DNA from: Hydrolagus colliei
Lineage: Eukaryota
Direction of reading: 5' to 3'
Assembly: GCA_035084275.1 (NCBI GenBank)
Contig: CM068748.1
Coordinates: 4,712,001 to 4,776,000, forward strand
DNA length: 64,000 bases
Below the pieces are notes generated by a model. That model did not search any database, was not told the DNA's origin, and worked only from the letters and a program-made list of their open reading frames with translations. The translations under genes and the position numbers were made by a program. Below, one piece after another: positions 55,122 through 64,000 of this stretch; positions within the stretch are counted from its first letter, which is position 1, and each line of letters opens with the position of its first letter.

Positions 55122-55473
55122 TTGGAAGCTGAACATCACCATTATTTTCATCACAAACAGTCAGGCTGTTTACTGCCAATTATATCCTTTCCCTACCTGT
55201 CACAGCTTAGTATCAGTGGCCCACTTTATTTCATACAAGTTAACAGCACTAAGGGTGTATGTGTATATGACAGCCACTGGTGGAAAATTTACCCAAATGT
55301 CGTACCAAAAACTCCAGAGTATAATGACTTTTTCATGGCATATAACAAGACTGAAAAGTGATAATTTTATAAAATGAATTTGCTTCTTGCTGGACTGGTA
55401 TTGCTTAGATACTAAAAGGAAATCATCCAGGCAAGCGCTAATAATTACTAAACTGGTGGACATTATTTGTTAA
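55122..55473 (+). pseudogene. Decayed paralog (GVC-x4-HW-x-K motif)
   Basis: ORF 55122-55361 contains IISFPYLSQLSISGPLYFIQVNSTKGVCVYDSHWWK, which aligns with LVSIPE*NKGDFVTNVLHLIGKKNGVCFFTAHWRK at 52.7 kb. After a frameshift it continues as SDNFIK*ICFLLDWYCLDTKRK. Confidence 0.55.
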
Positions 55474-56034
55474 ATTGGAAAAATATTGACATTTCATAGA
55501 ATATATTCATGCCTCATTGTTTGTAATGTGGCTCAATTCCTTTTTACGCAGAAAGTAATTGCAATTAAAAGTTCCCATTACCAGTTGATTGTTTGCTTTA
55601 TAAAGTCTATCAGTAATTGATGGCATACCTAAATAATATGTGTCTGTGTAGATCCCCAGCACCAATCTTCAGGATGCATTGCACCGATTGGTGTTAAAAT
55701 TTTACCATAGGGTGACTTTAATTTTGTCCTTAATTGCAATTACAGAACAAATTATTGATTCCTATTCCTGACTGATTAATAAAACGTACATATGTTCAAT
55801 GTATTGTTAAAATGCCTTTAGGAAATTGAAATGCCAAATATGTTATTTGTACATGTATAGCTTTTCTTTAAGGCTTTTATTTTCTTCCATTTAAATGTCC
55901 TACATAGTGCATTAGCAGCGAGTTTGATTTCTTTTCATTTATAGTCGCTTTTGGAAAGGAAGTTCTTTTTCCTGTTGCTCAGTACTGATGAAAAAAAGTT
56001 TCCCCAAAGAGCATGCCATGAAAAACCTCAGTAA

Positions 56035-57545
56035 TTGTCTGTATTATATGGATCATTGACCTTGAACACTAGAACTGTGCAACCGACTGTCCATTTATCT
56101 GGAAAATTACCACATGGCAAGATCAGATTAGACAGTTTTACAAGATCTGGTACAGCGACTGCTTATATATTATTAGATGCTAGACCACAGCAATCTCCCC
56201 TCCGCATTCCATTCTGCTCAACTACCCTCAGGTCAAATAATAATTGTATGATGTAATAGGGGGCCTTTTTAACACTTTGAGTACTGTACTTCTGTGTCAT
56301 TTTTCTTAATAAGCATTAACCGTACTGCATTTCTATATCATTTTGCACAATTCCTCTTATTAAGTGTACTTTCAAAAATAAAATATATTCAGTTTTCTCT
56401 CTATTACCTTTCTTAGTTTGATTCCTTGATAGGTCGACTGCCATGATACCACACACCGTTATCTGACTGGGATGGCAAGGCAGGGAAGCTGTTCTCAGGT
56501 ATCTGAATAAAGCACTGTTGCCCTTTGCCTCTCTGGGCAGAATCAAGTAAGATGTGTTATCCTGTTTCCTTGAATAATACATACAAACTGTTATTTCCAA
56601 GTAATTCATTATGGATTGTTACTGGGTATGTTTGCTGCAAATCACAATCATTATTTCTTCAGTTTTGGACAGCATCATCATCATGTGCTAACAATGGATC
56701 ACAATGGCCAACTATATAGAAAAGATGCATCGCCAACTACCCCCAAAAAAACTGTATTATAAATCATGATTACTTTTTTAGAGTGACTTCAAAGATGCAC
56801 TTTTATTTGGAGGCATTTTAACTGTATTTATGGTTTCATAATGTCTTTTGAACTCCTGTATGAGTTTATGCATTCTGGCATGTCATTCTCATTATTATGT
56901 CTTCCTCTTGCACATTTGTACTTTGTATTATTTATAGTTTAAATGAATCTGACTGTATAGGCACCAATAAATTAACATCCAAACCTGTTAGGTGAATTAT
57001 TAAACTTATTGCAGAGTAAAATAGTACAGAAGAAACTAAGTTGTGAGGAAGATGTAGTATTTTCTGTAGTTTTACCATAGTTCTTGATGAAGGTCTTGAT
57101 AGGAATAACAATGTTTTGGAATTGTGCCATTCAATGGCATCACGTAAAGAAGGGCAAGGCAAATCTTACGTTAGAACACAATTGGAAACTTGCTATAAAA
57201 GGGAAGCAGATATGTTCATTGTGCTTTGTTGTACCATTCAGTACAAATGCTACACGATCACCACAAACTCTGGTGCACGACACAAATAATATAATGATCA
57301 GGTAAGAGTAAAATAGATAAATTTGTAATAAGTGCAATTGCTTGAAATCTGAAGCTCTATCAGAACTCAACCTGGTTGCATGCTTACCATTCGCATTACA
57401 AGCACACCAGTTATTCAGATATAGTCATTTTTCACCTAATCAATCAGATCGTTATTTAGCTTCTCAGTGCACAATCACAGATCTCTTTTATATAACATCA
57501 TTTTCAGGACTGACCTTTAAGTGAACCCACTTTTCGCTTTGAAAA
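56035..57545 (+). pseudogene. Further + strand coding-like relics
   Basis: ORF 56035-56256; open frame FTIVLDEGLDRNNNVLELCHSMASRKEGQGKSYVRTQLE... at about 57071-57289; ORF 57342-57524. No shared motif confirmed. Confidence 0.3.
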
Positions 57546-58945
57546 TGGAGTAATTACTGACAGCATCTAAGTGGTTATTAACAACCATTAAAGAGAATTC
57601 TTCAGCAATCACCTCAGGTGAAGAGTATAATTTATTTGTTACTAAAAGGTAATAATTGTTTGTAATCGTAACTTAAATGAGCATTTTGAACTATTTTAGA
57701 ACAGATATAAAATGCATTAGTTGGGATTCATTGATAAAGGTGACAAAAAAAATCAAAATCTCAAAATTTCTGTGGAAGAAATATGTATGGGGTGGACAAA
57801 CAAGAGATAGAGAGCAAAAATTATACCATCACATAATATTGTTTTAAAATGTGCTAATTTTAGTAAAATATTCCATCAGTAACATATGAAAATTTAAAAG
57901 ACTACAGGTATGAGACTGTAGTACTGTAATTACTTACATGTTGGTATTGCTAAATGTCAATGGAATTTCTAACATGTTTTCCTGAAATCACAAATAAATC
58001 ACGATGGTACACAAAAGTACAAGTATTATTCTGCATGTATGAATAAAGTTTAATATTGTAATCTGGTTAGCAGATTTCAAAAACAAACACTAAGATAATG
58101 ACTTGCTTCCGGTGAATAAGAGGCAAATACAAGGATGGTTAGGTTTGCATAAACTCATAAATAAGAAGATAGACACTGAGAGATCATATGCTTGTTGTAG
58201 AATAATAGCAAACCTTGCATTTGATGTGGTGTCATTCATTTTCAGTGGTCGTCTCAAAGGCTTCACAGGATTTTTGTACTGAATTTTTTGTTGGGTTATG
58301 GAGTGGTTCTAGGACATGGGGATGAGAAGTAACCAAAGTTAGAATTTCAAAATAAGAGAAACCTCATGACATTTCTTCTTGATAACAAAAGACTAGCAAG
58401 AGGAAACACGGTATCAATCTATCGTTTATCCCAGAACAATTGTATTGTACAGATGGTATCCTCGTATTTCTAACATACAAAATTAGATCATCTTTACACT
58501 TATCACTAAAGCCTTTAGTATCTTTCCAAACTAGATATTCATTGAATGACTTTAAAGAAGTTTATCGACGCAGCATTAATTTATTTCGATAGGAGTCTAT
58601 TGCACATATCTACCACACTGGGGGAAAACCATCTTCCAATCTAATATTGCTTGAGGCATTTAATGTTGTACTCATGTTTCTTACTTTCCTACGCTTCTTA
58701 TCTGTGTCTTTCAGCACTTTGAGTATAAATTGGAAAGAAAGGAATAAAAATAGTTTGCATTTTTAAAGAGACTCGTCAAATTGAAATGCCCCAAATATAC
58801 AACAATTCACAGTCAAAATAATATGGATATAGTATAAAATATTGATATAAATACATTTGTCAAGTATAGTGACCACACTTGCTGATATCACAAGATAATA
58901 GAACAAGAAGGAACTGGTGTAGGTTTGTAAAGGGTAGTTAATAAT

Positions 58946-59094
58946 AATACTGTACCAGGAAAAGTAGGTGAGGCTGGCATGTGGACTCATTTTAAAAACC
59001 GCTCGATTCTATAATGAGGGCATGAGTATTCTGCAAGAATGAGCCCAAACGGGTCAAAGGGCCTTCTTCATTCGAACATCTTGTGATCTTGTGA
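58946..59094 (+). mobile_element. CR1-type LINE 3' end
   Basis: Similar to 25325-25481 and ends in the (TCTTGTGA)2 octamer tail. Confidence 0.7.
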
Positions 59095-61703
59095 ATGTAT
59101 CACCCAAAAGGTGCACTTTTTGATCATGCAGGACATCAACCAGTTCTGCATTGGTGTTCTACACTAGATTATAAATTCAAATATCAAGATGGATCTTAAA
59201 CTGATAACTTTCTGACTCAATTTAAAAAAATGAGCCAGACTAACGCATATATAATTTAAATTCCACAAGTATACTGACCTGAAAAAACTGAGCTGTGGCT
59301 AATATAACAAGAAAATACTTTCTGTATCTTTATTTATCCAGTATGACCAAAAACAATTATGCCAGCCCATCCTCACAACCCTCATTGTTTTGTCTGAACA
59401 CTTTTCAGTGTCTATTTGAAGACACTGCACCCAAACCTTCATTCAGTATTCCAAACAAGTCAAGCCTGGCCTTATTAAAGACTTGTAAAGCCTTAAATAA
59501 TCCTTTTTGACTTGATCAAATGCCTTTAGAATAAATTTGAAGTCTTAATTAACTTGCTAACAACAGCTTTATGTTGACTGAATTCTTTCAGTGAAAGGTT
59601 AGCAACTCTACCTGTTATTCAAAGAGGATATTGTAATAGCACAGTTTGAGCTGTTTATCAGTATTATCTAATCCTGACTTATATAGCCTTTAACAAGTCA
59701 ATGACTTATACGTAATTTTTTCCTTTCCATTTGTCATGAATTTCTATTTCCAATAATTTTTATTCAAGTGTCCAATCAGAGTTCATTTTCCAATACATGA
59801 TCAATTCATTCTCAAATGCCGCTGGTCACTGAGCTTTGAGTTAAACTTTGCATTATATTAGCATGATAGAAAGAGTTGGGGGACTGAGAGTCCAGGATGA
59901 TACCCATCTAAATGTTTACTGAAAAGTATCATCGAGCTGTCATATATGATAAACACAAATTCTTCTATAAAACATACTGACATACTAATATAATTGTTTA
60001 CTGATGAAGTTGCATTTATGACTGATTCTGGACAGAACATTACATAATAATAATGTGGAAATTGTTTTAAAAATCATTAAAAGTCTTTCCGACTATGTTG
60101 ATCTGAAATATTTGAATTAAAGTGGAATCTCAGGAGATTGACAGTATTCAGATTGCTTATTAATTTTACAGCAATAAATGTAAAAGTGTATTATTGCCTT
60201 TGCTATTATGTTAACTTTACTGTGTGTTTAATGAAACAGGCAGTCCACAGTGCAGTCATTTTCATTTACTACTTTGTGACAACTGACCATGATGGAGAAT
60301 TCTGTTGCTTCCCACAGTATATCATGTGTCAAGCCACACATGCAGATTATTGAACTAATATAGATTAATATACTTTGCCTAATGTTGTGTGTGACATGGT
60401 TGTCCTTCAATTATCTACCAGTTTACTTGTTAATCAGATATTTGAAGGATGGGGTTTTGTGCCGCAGAACACACACAATGAAAATCAATCAAATATATCT
60501 CACGAGATTTAATATTTCCCTTTTGTGTTTGATTAGAATGAGAAAGAACTTCTTGGTCTCTGTAGTTTATATGTTAGGGAATGCACGTTATTAATATTAA
60601 TGTAACATATCTTTTGATATAATTATTTTCATTGTGCAAAGCACTGCATAAATATTGCGCTCAGACAGTTCGCTGCACTACATTGTTATTCTTAAGGTTC
60701 TTCATTATTGCATGTGCAGTGATTTATCTGGCATTGAAAACATGAGTGATTTTCTGACATTGTACATATGCATCATTCCTATTAGTAAGGTGTATATGCC
60801 ACATTTGTCAAATTCCAAAATGATTATACTTGATGACTAAATTATCTGAAATAAAACATTTTTTTCCGAGTCCTGTATTATAATGCACTGAAATTCTGTA
60901 AACAGATTTTTGCCGTTGAAAGGGTTAATGTAATAAATGTTTGGTTTCTACAATATATCCTTATGATTTAAATTTATATTATGTGAAAGCAATAGACTTG
61001 AATGAGTTTTAAATTTCCTGTAATAAACATGGTCCTTTAAGGCGCATTTTCTGATATTTCATCATATTACTTGTAAAAATTAATTTTAACTACTTAATTC
61101 TTAATTATAATAATAATTCTTAGGCCCCAAATCAGTAATCCTTGTGTTATTACTATGTGTCATGTAATATAAGTCAAGCATGTCAGCTACAACCTCAGCG
61201 GTAGTAAAACCTGTTTAGAACTGTATTACCTCCACTGGTAAATGATAAGCAAAGAAGACAATTCAAATAAACATGAATTATAAGAGAATTATGATGCCAA
61301 AGAGCACAAATTAAGAATACTTACAGAAATATCTTATGCACACACTCATTCCTGGTTACGCAACATGGTAAGTTTTTTTAAAAAAACATATATTTGTGTA
61401 GACATACAGGTAATACTGTAGTTATATTTTGCTTGATAAATGAACTTTGTTTCAATATTTAAAATTTTGAATTGTTCAAAATTCAAAGCAATTTTTATTC
61501 TGTAATTTCTGAGAGAGGATCAGGTAACTTTCATTCGGGCTCAGAGAGAAATATCCTCGCCGTTGAATTGAATGAGTTTTGAATACCGACTCTGGTGGGT
61601 GTATGAGAGCCTTTGTGCGTTATGTGAGTGTCTTTATGTAACATCTTCAGCTCCAAGTGCTGTTGAGTACAGGTGCTGCTGTTGCCGAATCCAGATGAAC
61701 ACT

Positions 61704-62027
61704 GGGTCCTGTAGCTCAGATGTTAGTGCACTCGTCTCGCAACTGAGAGACCTGGGTTCAATTCCCGGCAGAGCAAAATCTTGGGCAACTTTCCTTACTC
61801 CACATGCCTGATAATAATCCCTCAAGAGAAAAAAAAACAATAATGAATTGGCCATTTCTCTCCGTGACTGTTTGTGGGACACAGCTGTGCCCAATCCTCG
61901 GCCTCATTTCGCCCACACATATACAGTATTGCTAATTCACTTTACCAATATATTCTGTGAAGAGCTTTGAGATATCTGGAAGACACGAAAGCACTATATC
62001 AAATGCAAGGATTATCATTATTATTAT
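61704..62027 (+). mobile_element. Full-length tRNA-derived Deu-type SINE
   Basis: gggtcctgtagctcag head, GGTTCAATTCC B box, Deu-like core, aaatgcaaggattatcattattatt tail. Confidence 0.9.
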
Positions 62028-63612
62028 AACCTCAACCAATATCAATACTGTTGTAACCGTTATATTTTTGAAATAAGACCTAAATCACCATTTAGTAATG
62101 CAATAAACAGTTGCTTAATTATTCCTCATGTAATATATTTAGCTATTTCTTTATCAGTTGATATCTCTAAACCAGTTTGTTCTCATATCTAATGTAACTC
62201 ACAAAATTATTTATTATCTGCATTCTTCATTTAAATAATTTCAATATCACACAGAAGTTACAGTATATTGTAATTTAGGATAAAACATTATTTTTAAAAG
62301 CTTGTTGGTATGTTTTTTGGTTTTGGTTTTAGTGTTGGAATGTGATTTACTACAATACACCCAATAAATACACTTTTACTCATTTGTGTTAATTTTCAGC
62401 CATAAATGCTTTTAAATGAGATATGATGATACCTGTCAAAAAATAGAGCTAACAAAAAGAAAAACGAGAAAATGAGTAATTCCCTTGAGTTTAATAAAAT
62501 GGTGAGTCATGATCAATCTCTTGGAGTAAAGCTACACATGGGAATAACTACTAAAAATCGTATTAACAAAAACCGGATGAACTCTTAATGTATTCTGATT
62601 GTTTTGGTGAAGTCTGAACAAAATGTTGCAAATTATTCAATAATGTATATTTTTAGCTTATTTTGGTAATAAATTGAGGAATTTCCGATGTGTATTTCCC
62701 CAAGAGTCTAGAAAAGATACAGAAAGATATTGTGACACAGTTCGCTTTTGTTGATAAAGGTATTATCTTATTTGCTGATAGATCTTTACCTGCGAGAGAT
62801 GGTTCCTGCCAGGTAAAATGATATTCTTTGCCAGTATTAAAACGTGTGGTAATGATTTACCATCAAAAGAGTGTCACAGGTTAATCAGGGTAGTGCAACA
62901 GAATAACTGCCCTATTATGCTAATTTCCATTTATAAAATGTCAGTAGACGTAAAGCTGGCTGGAGGTTGGCCTTCTGCCTATGTAATCTTCTTTTATCAC
63001 CTTCAAAGACTTGTCTCCTCTAACGAAAGGTTCTAGTGCAGCTGGTTAAGGCATCATTTGGATGTTCAGATGAATGGCATTTTGTGGTGAGACCAATCAT
63101 AGATATATTATAAGTTGCACAATGGCCATGATTTCACATTAAGGTGCACTTTCTGACCACGCCTGTCTACAAAAATTTATATGATTGAATGGATATTAAT
63201 AATATTAAAATGCCAATATTTAAATATATATTACATATGTTCAAGCAATATGGTCATTGCTTTCAGTAGAAAAGATAAGTTCTAAAGCAATGGATAGGTG
63301 AAGATATTATCGGCTGTAGGTTGCATCACCCATCAAGAGCAAATGTAGGCATTTGCTGTTTAATAATAGTTCTTGCACCAGACAATACAAATAGTTAGCA
63401 TATCAGTGTGAAGTGGCAGATTGTATTTTCTTTTTGGTCCAAGGAAGCTGTGCATACATACTAAATGAACAGAATAATATTTGTTGTTAGATTTATTGTT
63501 CATTGATGATGGCCCAGGTAACTGGACTTGGTTAGACACCCAATATCACAGATTCCCTAATCGCACATGACAAGTTGCTGAGGATACTCTACATTGTCAA
63601 TTGTACTACACT

Positions 63613-64000
63613 TAATAATAATAATCCTTGCATTTGATATCGCACTTTTCACCTCATCTAGACTTCTCAAAGCGATTCACAGAATATACTGTATAGTGAA
63701 TTAACTGTATATATGTGGGCAAACATAGGAGCCAATTGCAAACAGCAGTATCCCACAAACAGCGGTGGATTGAAATTACCAATTTATTATTGGGTTTTTT
63801 GAGGGATTATTATCAGACGTATGGAATAAGGAAACTTGCCCAAGGCTTCACCCTGCCTAGAATTGAACCCAGGTCTCTCACTTGTAAGGTACGTGCTCCA
63901 ACCACTGAGCTACAGGAACCACAGGAACCAAGGCTTCGTCCTGCCTGGAATTGAACCCAGGTCTTTCACTTATAAGGTAAGTTCTCCAACCACTGAGCTA
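63613..64000 (-). mobile_element. Full-length SINE plus a second tandem copy of its tRNA head
   Basis: Copy at 63613-63920, then the head region is repeated at 63929-64000 and truncated by the window edge. Confidence 0.88.

Overview
Eukaryotic, AT-rich vertebrate genomic DNA; the SINE and LINE families suggest a cartilaginous fish, probably a chimaera such as elephant shark (inference). The window holds the 5' part of a COE/EBF transcription factor gene on the minus strand, most likely EBF3. Two DNA-binding-domain exons are visible: 42843-42916 (74 nt, [25 protein letters not shown]) and 41089-41157 (69 nt, [23 protein letters not shown]). Positions 1-41088 are the very large following intron, with many enhancer-like noncoding blocks. 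Coding exons 1-4 are not visible and probably fall in an N gap of the GC-rich 5' domain (about 42.5-48.3 kb). The window also has many tRNA-derived Deu-type SINEs, CR1 and L2-type 3' ends, microsatellites and eight N gaps. The most unusual signal is a set of decayed, partly spliced protein-coding relics at about 10.9-17.9 kb (+), 26.0-26.7 kb (-) and 48.8-61 kb (+). By hand translation they share gapless peptide motifs with one another, which points to a multi-paralog fossil protein family I cannot assign; a large DNA virus or intron-containing DNA transposon is one hypothesis. Most other ORFs in the supplied track are noise or N artefacts. All translations and alignments were done by eye.
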